Source of the DNA: Pedosphaera sp.
GTDB lineage: Bacteria; Verrucomicrobiota; Verrucomicrobiia; Limisphaerales; AAA164-E04
Length of the DNA: 60,827 bases
NCBI GenBank assembly: GCA_002686885.1
Contig: NYYT01000111.1
Span: 19,133-79,959 of the forward strand
Reading direction: 5' to 3'
The notes under the pieces are model-generated. The model was not told where the DNA came from and made no database searches. It saw only the letters and a list, made by a program, of their open reading frames with translations. Made by a program: the position numbers and the translations under genes. This document shows positions 1 to 9,800 of this stretch, piece after piece (within the stretch, counting starts at the first letter, position 1; each line of letters opens with the position of its first letter).

Positions 1-45
1 TTCCCTCAGATTGACACCTGTTCGACCCTTCACCATAGTAAGCCG

Positions 46-1344
46 ATGCATCTCGCCCCACCCAAAGTTTATCACCCAATGGCTAGCTGGGCAGCCAGTC
101 TGCGCTGCTTGTTGGCCTGCCTCTGGCTAGGGCTCCCAGCAGCCCTCTCGGCTCAGTCCCATCACTGGCGTGGCCCCCATCAGAACGGCTTTTTTCCCGA
201 TGGCAGCCTTTCAGGGCAATTGGATGCTTCCAGCATGAACTGGAAAGTCGCCTTACCGGGAAAGGGCACCTCCACCCCAGTGGTTACCAAGGACTGGATC
301 GTCTTGACCTATGCTCACGAGGGGCAAAATACCGTAGCAGCTTATCGTCGGAATGGGGAACCCGGATGGATCGCTCTTTGTGGAGCTGAAGCACCCGGCA
401 AGCACCGCAACGGATCGGGCAGCAATGCATCCATTGCTACCGATGGGGACCACTTTTTTGCCTATTTCAAAAGTGGCCATTGGGTCGGACTCGACCACCA
501 GGGTCATACACTTTGGAAACATCATCTCGTCGAGCAGTACGGCCCGGTATCCCTCTATTGGGACCACGGAACCTCTCCGTTGATCACCTCTCATGGTGTG
601 GTGATGGCGCGCATGCATGAAGGTGAATCATGGCTGGCCTCTTACGACAAGGAGACCGGTGCACTGCAGTGGAAGCAGAGTCGTAATTTCTCCACCCCAA
701 CCGAAGGGGATCACGGCTACAGCTCACCGATCATCGCACAGCTTGAGGGTCGGGAGGTCATCCTCGTATGGGGCGCTCAGCACCTGACATGCCACGATAT
801 CAAGACAGGGAAAACGGTGTGGAGCTGTGGAGATTTCAACCCGAAAAAGATCGCTTTCTGGCCAGCGGTTGCTTCCCCCATTCAGGCAGGAAAGACCGTG
901 GTGGTTCCTTTCGGGCGCGCTGACAAGAAGCAGCCCCGCCTTCATGGCATCCTGTTGGAAGGCATGGGCGACGTCACGAAGACCCACCGACGTTGGCACA
1001 CATCTCAACACAGCAGTTTTGTACCATCCCTCACCTTTGATGGGGCTCTGGCAATTTGTCTGAGTGACCGTGGCACCTTGGCTGGGATTCAACCTGATAC
1101 AGGCCAAACCGTTTGGGCGATGGATCTCCCCAAACACCGTTCCAGCTATTACGCCTCTCCATCAGTCGTCGGGGACAAACTCATCGCAGCCCGAGAAGAT
1201 GGAGCCGTCTTCGTTCTCCAGCTGGGAAAAAAACCTCAACTCATCGGAGGAAAAGAACTGGGAGAACGGGTCATTGCCTCCCCTGTGTTTGACGGCACCC
1301 AACTGTTGATCCGAAGTGAAAAACACCTCATCAGCTACCGCTGA
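46..1344 (+). CDS. Secreted PQQ-like beta-propeller repeat protein
   Basis: 432-aa ORF with a signal-like N-terminus (LLACLWLGLPAALSAQ; alternative ATG at 79). Recurring blade-like motifs (TGALQWK, TGKTVWS, TGQTVWA) are typical of PQQ-enzyme-repeat/BamB-type propellers. Confidence 0.6.
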   Translation: MHLAPPKVYHPMASWAASLRCLLACLWLGLPAALSAQSHHWRGPHQNGFFPDGSLSGQLDASSMNWKVALPGKGTSTPVVTKDWIVLTYAHEGQNTVAAYRRNGEPGWIALCGAEAPGKHRNGSGSNASIATDGDHFFAYFKSGHWVGLDHQGHTLWKHHLVEQYGPVSLYWDHGTSPLITSHGVVMARMHEGESWLASYDKETGALQWKQSRNFSTPTEGDHGYSSPIIAQLEGREVILVWGAQHLTCHDIKTGKTVWSCGDFNPKKIAFWPAVASPIQAGKTVVVPFGRADKKQPRLHGILLEGMGDVTKTHRRWHTSQHSSFVPSLTFDGALAICLSDRGTLAGIQPDTGQTVWAMDLPKHRSSYYASPSVVGDKLIAAREDGAVFVLQLGKKPQLIGGKELGERVIASPVFDGTQLLIRSEKHLISYR

Positions 1345-1355
1345 TCCAAGATACC

Positions 1356-2297
1356 ATGAAGAAAAGAGATTTCATCAAAACCGGCTTGGGCTTTTCCAGC
1401 CTGGCCACACTGGGGCTGGGCTGCCAAACCATGAAGCCCAGCCATAAGCAGCACGTACACACCCTTCACCACCGAATCAAGCTTGGCATTTCTTCCTACT
1501 CCTACTGGCACTTCCGCGATCCAAAGGTGTCGATAGAGTCGGTCATCGATCGATCCGCCGATTTGGGAGTGGAAGGGGTTGACATCCTGCATCGGCAGAT
1601 GGATTCGGAAGACATCCCCTACCTGCAAAAGCTCAAACGCCATGCCTTTGTCAATGGAATCGATTTGATCGCCCTCTCCATTCACCAAGACTTCGTGGAC
1701 CCCGATCCCGCATTCCGAGCCCAGCAAATCAAACATACCATCAAGTGCATTCACCTGGCCCATGAAATGGGCATACCGTGCATCCGTCTCAACTCAGGAC
1801 GATGGAATACCATCGCATCCTTCGACGATCTCATGGCTGCACGCGGACAGGAGCCGATCCTGCCCGGGTATCAGGAAAGTGATGGGTTTGACTGGTGCAT
1901 CGCATCCATCGAAGCGTGCCTCAAGGAAGCCGAGGAAAAGGGAGTCATCCTCGCCTTGGAGAACCACTGGGGGCTCACTCGAACTCCAGAGGGCCTACTG
2001 CGCATCCTGAACGCCATCGATTCTCCATGGCTGGGGGCCTTGATGGATACCGGAAATTTCCTCGAAGAACCCTACCCCAAGCTGGCACAAATAGCCCCTC
2101 GAGCTGTCTTCGTGCAGGCCAAAACCTATTTTGGAGGAGGCGAATGGTACACGCTGGATCTGGATTATGCCCGGATCGCCAGCATGCTCAAGGAAGTCGG
2201 CTTCGGTGGCTATGTTTCCCTTGAATTCGAGGGCAAGGCGCCCGCTGAGGAGGGGGTTCGAAAAAGCGTTGAATGGCTGAGATCCCACTTGAGTTGA
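1356..2297 (+). CDS. Xylose-isomerase-like TIM-barrel protein (sugar phosphate isomerase/epimerase family) with Tat-like signal
   Basis: 313-aa ORF. The N-terminus MKKRDFIKTGLGFSSLATLG resembles a Tat leader (KR variant). The body (GVEGVDIL, ALENHWG, GYVSLEFEG) matches the AP_endonuc_2/xylose isomerase-like TIM-barrel pattern. Confidence 0.7.
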   Translation: MKKRDFIKTGLGFSSLATLGLGCQTMKPSHKQHVHTLHHRIKLGISSYSYWHFRDPKVSIESVIDRSADLGVEGVDILHRQMDSEDIPYLQKLKRHAFVNGIDLIALSIHQDFVDPDPAFRAQQIKHTIKCIHLAHEMGIPCIRLNSGRWNTIASFDDLMAARGQEPILPGYQESDGFDWCIASIEACLKEAEEKGVILALENHWGLTRTPEGLLRILNAIDSPWLGALMDTGNFLEEPYPKLAQIAPRAVFVQAKTYFGGGEWYTLDLDYARIASMLKEVGFGGYVSLEFEGKAPAEEGVRKSVEWLRSHLS

Positions 2298-2353
2298 CGA
2301 CACGCTACACCGCGTGACCTTCGCAGACCCTGGCATGCCAAGCATCGTTTCCT

Positions 2354-4333
2354 GTGGTTGACCTCAAGGCACCCATCACCCAGCTCAAGGGAGTTGGAAA
2401 AACTCGGGCTTCGAGTTTGGAAGCCATGGGCATTCGAACCCTGGAGGATCTCCTTTATTATCGCCCCCTCCGATACGAGGACCGGAGAGGTCTCCCCGCC
2501 ATCCATCAACTTGTAGCTGGTCAATGGGCGACCATCTGCGGGGAAATTCAATCGGCTCGCAGTCGTTTCTTTCGGGGTAAACGCATGTCCCAGTTCGAGT
2601 GCGAAGTGGCAGATAAAAGCGGCAGCATTCTTTGCCGCTGGTGGAACATGCCCTTCCTCAAACAGCACTATCTGCCTGGGAAGCGATTTTTCGCCTATGG
2701 ACAGCTCAAGGACGGATCTCCTTTGCGCATGGATCATCCGGAAATCGAATGGGTTGAAGAGGACGAGTCCAAAGAACCTGTTCACACCAGTCGCGTCGTT
2801 CCCGTTTACCGGTGCCAGAAGGGAGTGGGACAACGCTGGCTTCGGTCGCTGATGCATCAATTTTTACAGGACCATGGTTCCCTTGTGGCGGACCCCTATC
2901 CGCAGGCCTGCATGGAAGGTTTCCTGCCACAATCCGACGCTGTGGAAAAACTCCACTTTCCGAAGGAGCCTGACGAAAGCCATGCGGCCAGAGAGCGTTT
3001 GGCCCTGAACGAGGCACTGAAACTCCAGCAAGAAGTCCGGCAGCGTCGCAAGGCCTTTGCGGAAAGCGTCTCCTCACTCCCGACAAGTCCCGGGAGCCCC
3101 TTGGCTGAGACTTTCATTCAAAGCCTGGCCTTTGATCTGACTACGGATCAAAGGGATGTTCTGGTAGATATCGAATCGGACTTACGCCAAAAGCATCCCA
3201 TGAGGCGCCTCCTTCAAGGCGATGTGGGAACCGGAAAAACCCTGGTCTCCGTCATCGCAGCACTTCAAGTCATCGCATGTGGCCATTCGGTGATCCTCAT
3301 GGTTCCAACGACCTTATTGGCACAGCAACACTATCAAACCATTTCAAAGCAGCTGAGCGATCTGAACATTCCCGTGATTCTCAGAACGTCAGCTTCGCAT
3401 GGAGAACCCTCACAAGCCTCCAACCTCCCCTCTTTCACCGTTGGCACACACGCCTTACTGCATGTGAAGCAACCAACCAAGTCGGTGGGCCTCATCATGA
3501 TTGATGAACAACACAAATTTGGAGTCGCCCAAAGGCAACAGATTCTGAAGAACCAGGAGCAGGCTCACCTGCTCATCATGACAGCCACCCCCATTCCCCG
3601 CACCATGGGGTTGGCCCTGTATGCCGATCTGGACGTGTCCACGATGCGACAAACACCCAAAGGAAGAGGGCGGATTCGCACATACCTGAGGGAGGAGAAG
3701 GATCGTCACAAAATTGAAGACTTTCTTGAGACGACGTTGAAAGAAGGACGACAGGTCTTCATCATTTTCCCACGTATTGAGGCAACGGAATCGACCCCGA
3801 AATCGCTCATGGAGGAACAGGAGGCCTTGACGAGGCGCTACCGCGCCTTCGGTGTCGGCCTCATGCATGGAAAAATGCGGGAAGAGGAAATCAGGGCCGT
3901 GATGAATCAATTGAAGAATGGGGAGATCGGTCTACTGCTCTCAACCAGCATGATCGAAGTGGGCGTCGACATCCCCAATGCAACGGTGATGATCGTTGAG
4001 AACGCTTCCCATTTTGGCATGGCACAACTGCACCAAATGAGGGGACGTATCGGCAGAGGTCCGCACGATGCCCACTGCATCTTCATGGGCGATTCCGCTG
4101 ACGAGGTAAATTGGCAGCGCCTACGCAAGGTGGAGCAGTCACTGGATGGCTTCGAGATCGCTGAAGAAGATTTCCGACTCCGTGGCCCCGGTGATTGGCA
4201 AGGCCAGGACCAAAGTGGCACCCAGCACTGGCGTTTCCTCCAATTACCAGAAGATGAATCCTTGTTGATTCAAGCCAAAGAATGGACAGGCACCTGGGCA
4301 GAGCCTGCCAAGCTCCCTCAAGCCGCTCCATAA
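2354..4333 (+). CDS. recG: ATP-dependent DNA helicase RecG
   Basis: 659-aa ORF with a GTG start. Contains Walker A GDVGTGKT, DEQH box (MIDEQHKFG), TATPIPRT and the QLHQMRGRIGRG motif. An N-terminal wedge-like region precedes the helicase core. Confidence 0.9.
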   Translation: MVDLKAPITQLKGVGKTRASSLEAMGIRTLEDLLYYRPLRYEDRRGLPAIHQLVAGQWATICGEIQSARSRFFRGKRMSQFECEVADKSGSILCRWWNMPFLKQHYLPGKRFFAYGQLKDGSPLRMDHPEIEWVEEDESKEPVHTSRVVPVYRCQKGVGQRWLRSLMHQFLQDHGSLVADPYPQACMEGFLPQSDAVEKLHFPKEPDESHAARERLALNEALKLQQEVRQRRKAFAESVSSLPTSPGSPLAETFIQSLAFDLTTDQRDVLVDIESDLRQKHPMRRLLQGDVGTGKTLVSVIAALQVIACGHSVILMVPTTLLAQQHYQTISKQLSDLNIPVILRTSASHGEPSQASNLPSFTVGTHALLHVKQPTKSVGLIMIDEQHKFGVAQRQQILKNQEQAHLLIMTATPIPRTMGLALYADLDVSTMRQTPKGRGRIRTYLREEKDRHKIEDFLETTLKEGRQVFIIFPRIEATESTPKSLMEEQEALTRRYRAFGVGLMHGKMREEEIRAVMNQLKNGEIGLLLSTSMIEVGVDIPNATVMIVENASHFGMAQLHQMRGRIGRGPHDAHCIFMGDSADEVNWQRLRKVEQSLDGFEIAEEDFRLRGPGDWQGQDQSGTQHWRFLQLPEDESLLIQAKEWTGTWAEPAKLPQAAP

Positions 4334-4356
4334 ATGCCTTGGCGAAAAGTAGACTG

Positions 4357-4527
4357 GTGGTCATAGTTTGTGCTGTGTGGCAGGTATTCCTTGAGTTCCT
4401 ACAATTTCTGAAACAGGAAAAGAAGTGGTGGTTATGGCCACTGATACTGATGCTCCTTCTCCTGGGCGCATTGATTGCCTTTTCCTCCAGCAGCGCCCTG
4501 GCGCCTTTCATGTATCCGTTCATGTAA
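4357..4527 (+). CDS. DUF5989/SxtK-like small membrane protein
   Basis: The C-terminal part KKWWLWPLILMLLLLGALIAFSSSSALAPFMYPFM matches the DUF5989 pattern (KKWWL-TM-APFIY). The ORF-track ATG at 4282 lies inside recG, so GTG 4357 or GTG 4375 is the more likely start. The gene ends 25 nt before the carbamoyltransferase ATG. Confidence 0.6.
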   Translation: MVIVCAVWQVFLEFLQFLKQEKKWWLWPLILMLLLLGALIAFSSSSALAPFMYPFM

Positions 4528-4552
4528 CCAATCATCCACTGTGGAGAGGGGC

Positions 4553-6382
4553 ATGAAACATATCCTGGGCATCTCTGCCCTTTATCACGACAGCGCAGCC
4601 GTCCTGCTCAAGGAGGGCGACATCGTGGCTGCCGCTCAGGAAGAGCGCTTCACACGTCTGAAAAATGACCACCGCTTCCCGGAACAGGCCATTGATTTCT
4701 GTTTGAGACAAGCCGGTATCACTCCCTCTGATCTGGATGCCATCGCTTTTTACGAAAAGCCGATCACCAAATTTTCCCGCATGCTGGAAACCTATCTCGC
4801 CATCGCTCCACGCGGATGGCGCACCTTCCCCAGGGTCATGAGTTCCTGGCTTTCCGAGAAAATTCAAATCAAGCAGACCCTTAGTGAGATCTTTTCGGAT
4901 CCAGGAACGAACTGCCCGATCTTCTTCGCTCAGCATCACGAATCCCATGCAGCCTCTGCCTTCTATCCCTCCCCTTTTGAAGAAGCGGCCATCCTGACGA
5001 TTGATGGGGTTGGGGAATGGGCCACAACGACCCTAGCATCCGGCAAGGGAAAGCATGTTGAGATCCTTAAGGAAATTCGATTCCCTCACTCTTTGGGCTT
5101 GCTCTACTCAACGATCACCGCTTTTTGTGGTTTCAGAGTCAACTCCGGGGAATACAAGCTCATGGGCTTGGCTCCCTACGGCAAAGCGGTCTATGCGGAT
5201 ATCCTCAGGGAGAAAGTCATCCAGATCCACGAGGATGGATCCTTTCATCTGAATCTGGATTATTTCGGCTTTCTCTCCTCCGATCAGATGGATCACCCAA
5301 GATTGCATGCCCTGCTGGGAGGCCCCCCACGCCAACCGGACACCCCCATGGAAGAACGTTTCATGGACATCGCAGCTTCGATTCAAGCCATCACCGAAGA
5401 GATCATGATCAAATTGGCCCGGCATGCTCATGCGGTGACAGGTCATCGCAACCTGTGTCTTGCAGGCGGCGTCGCCCTGAATTGCGTGGGCAACGGAAAA
5501 ATCCTCAAAGAAGGGGTCTTTGAGCGATTGTGGATTCAACCGGCTGCTGGGGATGCTGGTGGAGCTCTCGGAGCTGCGCTGGCGATCTATCATCAGCAAA
5601 ATGAGCGAAAAAGCATCCCCCCATCCACCCCCCAAAACATCGACAGCATGCATGGCGCGCTCCTGGGCCCGGAGTATGACGAAGGGAGTATCGATCGCGT
5701 GTTGCAGAAGGAAGGAGCCACCTATCAGACTTTCACAGAGGAAGCAGAGCTCTTGAGTCATGTTGCATCATGGCTCGACCAAGGCCTTGTGGTTGGCTGG
5801 ATGCAGGGACGCATGGAGTTCGGCCCTCGTGCCCTGGGTAACCGCTCCATTCTAGGAGACCCTCGTTCCTCGACGATGCAGAGCCTCATCAATCGCAAAA
5901 TCAAATACAGGGAATCCTTTCGGCCTTTTGCTCCAAGCATCCTGCAGGAGCGAGCCGAGGAGTTCTTTCAACTGCAAGGACAAGCAAGCCCCTACATGCT
6001 CATGGTGGCCCCGACTCAGGAAAGCATCCGCCTGCCAGCAGGTGATGAAAAGCATGGCCTGGAGCGCTTGCATGCCTTGCGCTCCACCCTGCCGGCGGTG
6101 ACCCACGTGGATGATTCAGCCAGGGTTCAAAGTGTTTCCGAAACAACCAACCCTCTTTTCTACCGGCTGCTCAAGACGTTCGAAAAACAAACCGGGTGCC
6201 CGGCGTTGATCAACACCTCCTTCAATGTGAGGGGCGAACCCATTGTCTGCTCCCCCAAGGATGCCTATGACTGTTTCATGAATACCGAGATGGACATCCT
6301 GGTGATCGGCCCATGTGTACTGAAAAAAGAGGAGCAATTACAGCAAGCACCCAAGCCGTCGTTTCACCCTGTTCCCGACTGA
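4553..6382 (+). CDS. Carbamoyltransferase (NodU/CmcH family)
   Basis: N-terminus MKHILGISALYHDSAAVLLKEGDIVAAAQEERFTRLKNDHRFP is canonical for the family. GGAGAGGGG sits just upstream of ATG 4553. The C-terminal part (LINTSFNVRGEPIVCSP) matches the carbamoyltransferase C-domain. Confidence 0.88.
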   Translation: MKHILGISALYHDSAAVLLKEGDIVAAAQEERFTRLKNDHRFPEQAIDFCLRQAGITPSDLDAIAFYEKPITKFSRMLETYLAIAPRGWRTFPRVMSSWLSEKIQIKQTLSEIFSDPGTNCPIFFAQHHESHAASAFYPSPFEEAAILTIDGVGEWATTTLASGKGKHVEILKEIRFPHSLGLLYSTITAFCGFRVNSGEYKLMGLAPYGKAVYADILREKVIQIHEDGSFHLNLDYFGFLSSDQMDHPRLHALLGGPPRQPDTPMEERFMDIAASIQAITEEIMIKLARHAHAVTGHRNLCLAGGVALNCVGNGKILKEGVFERLWIQPAAGDAGGALGAALAIYHQQNERKSIPPSTPQNIDSMHGALLGPEYDEGSIDRVLQKEGATYQTFTEEAELLSHVASWLDQGLVVGWMQGRMEFGPRALGNRSILGDPRSSTMQSLINRKIKYRESFRPFAPSILQERAEEFFQLQGQASPYMLMVAPTQESIRLPAGDEKHGLERLHALRSTLPAVTHVDDSARVQSVSETTNPLFYRLLKTFEKQTGCPALINTSFNVRGEPIVCSPKDAYDCFMNTEMDILVIGPCVLKKEEQLQQAPKPSFHPVPD

Positions 6383-6390
6383 TTCCCACC

Positions 6391-6789
6391 ATGCGCCTTC
6401 GATTGAAAGAAGAGCCCCGAGAATGGCTCAAGTTCACCGCCTCCACCGGAGTCATGTTCGGATTGCTTTGGACCTTGGGCAGATGGAAGCAATGGCACAC
6501 TCTCGCCTTGTGGGCGGGGTTTATTCCGGGATGCGTGGCAGTGATTGCGTGCTGGCTCCACCCACGTCTCTTCCGTGGTTACTACCGCATGGGGATGCGG
6601 TTTTTCCATTTCATCGGTCGCCGCATTTCCACTCTGGCCCTGACGCTCTTCTTTTTCGGCTGTCTCACCCCCATGGCCTGGATGCTGCGATTCATGGGCA
6701 AGGATTTGCTCAAACTCCATCGCCCAGGCAACATCAAGACGAACTGGGAAAGCCCCCGAAGCAGTGGTGGCCATGACAAGATGTTTTAG
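6391..6789 (+). CDS. SxtJ-like small multi-pass membrane protein
   Basis: ATG 6391 lies 8 nt after the carbamoyltransferase stop. The 132-aa product has hydrophobic helices and a C-terminal LTPMAWMLRFMGKDLLKL segment that resembles the SxtJ family. Confidence 0.6.
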   Translation: MRLRLKEEPREWLKFTASTGVMFGLLWTLGRWKQWHTLALWAGFIPGCVAVIACWLHPRLFRGYYRMGMRFFHFIGRRISTLALTLFFFGCLTPMAWMLRFMGKDLLKLHRPGNIKTNWESPRSSGGHDKMF

Positions 6790-6816
6790 ACCACTCCCCG
6801 AAAGGAAGCCTCTCGA

Positions 6817-9800
6817 TCATCGCAGGCTGGACTCTTTCCAGGGAGTCGAACGCTGGGCTTCTTCCATACGAACCTTTTGAACCTGGGCACCTGAAATCGC
6901 CGAGGCCTGATTGCCAAAGTCACCTCGCACGTAGGAAAGTAATTGAGCGATTTCCTCATTGCCCAGACCGGCAAAACCCGGCATGGCAATGGGCGTTTTG
7001 GAAAGAAAGGCTTCTCCATTGAGCGTGATCGGACCCTCGAGACCGTGAAGCACAATTCGGATGAGGCGACCGGGGTCCCCGCTCACCCAATCACTGGATT
7101 CAAGAGATGGGTAGAACCCCGGCAATCCTTTTCCATCCGCCTGATGGCAGGGCAGGCAGGCCTTCTGATAGAGCAGCTCTCCTTGACTGAGGGTCACTGG
7201 TTCCTCGGTCGTCAGAGCCCTGAGATAGGCCTCGTGTTCGGGCATTTCCAGAGCCAGCTGTCCCTCCCGCAGGACGGGCTCCCAAATCGGCTGAAGCGAG
7301 CGGGCGGTCTGGCGAAGGGCATAATCGATGAATCGATCTCTGGAATGATCCAAAACTTTGAGTGCCACGGCGATGGAGGCGGGTCGGCGTAGATAGCTGC
7401 AGGCCACGACGGCTTCCAAACGCACTCGGGGATGAGGATCCTCGGCCATTTTCTCGAGCCAATCTTCGGAAACCTCTAGGCGATCAGCCCATCCGCTGAG
7501 CGCACGCACCCCGTAAGATCGCACCCTCGCATCAGGCGAACCCAGCATCTTTGAAATCAACGTTGCCCGAGGGGATTCATGTGCTTGATAAACCCCTGCC
7601 CACTCGATCAAGTGCCTTTCATTCAGAGGCTCTGGTGATTCCTGAGCAAACTGCTGTCGATGAGCGTCCAATGCCTGGAGGACTTCAGTGGATGGCAGAT
7701 AAAAAAGTCGACGACGAGCTTGATGGCGAAACCATCGTTCTGGCGAGTGAAGGTGAGAAATGAGCTCTCGGATACCAAGCTGTTCCATGTTGGGCGCCTG
7801 AACCGGCTCGTGCCGTGTTGAAGCAATCCGCCAAATACGCCCATGATGCTTGTCGCGTTGGGGGTCTGCATAGCTTGCCTGGTAGTGACCAATCACGCGA
7901 TTGTACCAATCGGCCAGATACATGGCGCCGTCGGGGCCCATGCTCACATCCACGGGGCGAAACGAGCTGTCGGAAGAAACCATGACTCTTGGAAGCTGAG
8001 AAGAGCGAAATCCCGCCCCGTCATCTTCAAGCTGATGCAACTCCACCAAGGAACCGAAATAACCCCCAATCAAAGCGGCACCCTGAATGGACTCCGGCAT
8101 GGCACGGGTGCCCACGAAATCCAGCGATGTGGTCTTGGGAGAGGTATCGAACAGATTTCCTACCCCGTGATATTGCTCGGGAGAGGCCGCATAGGATTGA
8201 TTGGCGACCGTCCTGGACCCGCCTCCCATGGGACTGGCACCGCGGATCATTCCCGGCACGGTCCAATAACCCTGAGGGCGGTCTCCCGTTTTGTGGAATA
8301 CCTGCCCATAATCATCTTCCGCCACACCCCAGCAATTGGCACCGGCCATGCCGCCGCCAAAGAAGCCTTCAAGGAGCATCGACTGAGGGCGCAATCTCCA
8401 TACGGCCGCACGATCCAGGCGCTTGATTCCCCAGGGAGTTTCCACCAGTGACATGGCATGCAGGCCCTGAGTGAACCACAGACTGCCATCGATGCCATGA
8501 CTAATGGAATTAATCAATTGGTGCGTATCTCCCACACCAAAGCCCGAAAAAAGTACTTCGCGACGATCGGCCCTGAGATCTCCATCCTCATCCCGCAAAA
8601 AGACGAGTTGATCGAAGTCACAGGCATAAACCCCTCCTGGACCGGGTTCCAAGCCCTGGATCATGGTCAACCCCTCAGCAAAGCGCCAATGTTTGTCGGC
8701 CAGGCCGTCTCCATTTTCATCCTCGAGAACCAAAATGTAATCTGAGGGGCGCACGCTTGCCAGGGATTGCGGATAGGATGGAGAACAAGCCACGTATAGA
8801 CGACCCGCCCCATCCCAGGCGATCTGGATGGGATTGACCACATCCTGTTCTTCAGAAGCAACTAAATGGGCTTGAAAACCCTCGGCCATTTCAAAGCTTG
8901 CCAGCTGCTCCTCCGGGCTCAGTGCTTCGGGGGACACCCCCTGGTCACCCACAGTCGGGTATTCGGGAAGCGATTCCTGAGAACCGAAGGCGAGGCGGTG
9001 AATCATGTCATCGTAGGCTGCGATTTGTTCTCGTCGCTGTTTGAGAGAACCATGAAGGCTCGGTAAGTTGCCAGCTGCCGTCGCAAAGCGCTGAGAAACC
9101 CGGTCACCGTATGCGAAGGACCAGTTTGCCGGTCGCCAGGCGTCAAACCAGAGACGATTTTTGGCGATGATGGCCGATCGGAGTTTGGGCGAGGTTGTTT
9201 CAGGGGATGGAAAGCCGCCCAGTTGGCGCGCCATTTCCATCGCCACGCGCCGCAGGCCATCTTCGTTGAGATGGATGCCATCTCGCGTCATGGGTTTTGA
9301 GTTCCCCGCCTTGTTCAGAAAGGGAGTGTAAAGATCCAGGTAGATCAAACTACGTTCTCGGGCGATGGATTCAATGGTTTGAGCGTATGCCTTGAGGACT
9401 TCATTGTATTGGCTCAACCGCGGTGCGTAAGGCGCTTGAGGATCTTCATACGGAATGGGAGAAACCAGGATACATCGCTGGGTTTGTTGCGCAAAAGCGT
9501 CCAGGAGCTGGTGGTAGGCCACTTTGAATTCGGTGAGTCGCTCAAGCCCATCCAGAGCCTCCATCTGGCCATACTGAACCAACAGGGTGGAACATGTAGC
9601 CGCCCGGAGTTGTTCGGGCCATGGGCCGAAGTGTAAGTCCCTCCACTGCTCATAAACCGTGTCTCCTTCCCAAGCCATGGAGCGGAAGGTCATCCTCGAG
9701 GAGGCAAAAGCCGTCTGCATCAAGGCTTCAAAAAAACCATGTTCCTGCTCCATGACAGCGTTTTCCTGTCCCACCCAAACCAGGCGACCTTCTTGAAGCG

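Noticed and set aside
1356-1440. Possible lipoprotein lipobox (LGLGC) in the TIM-barrel protein leader
   Set aside because: The residues at -3 and -2 do not fit the L-[AS]-[GA]-C consensus. A Tat-like leader is the better-supported reading.
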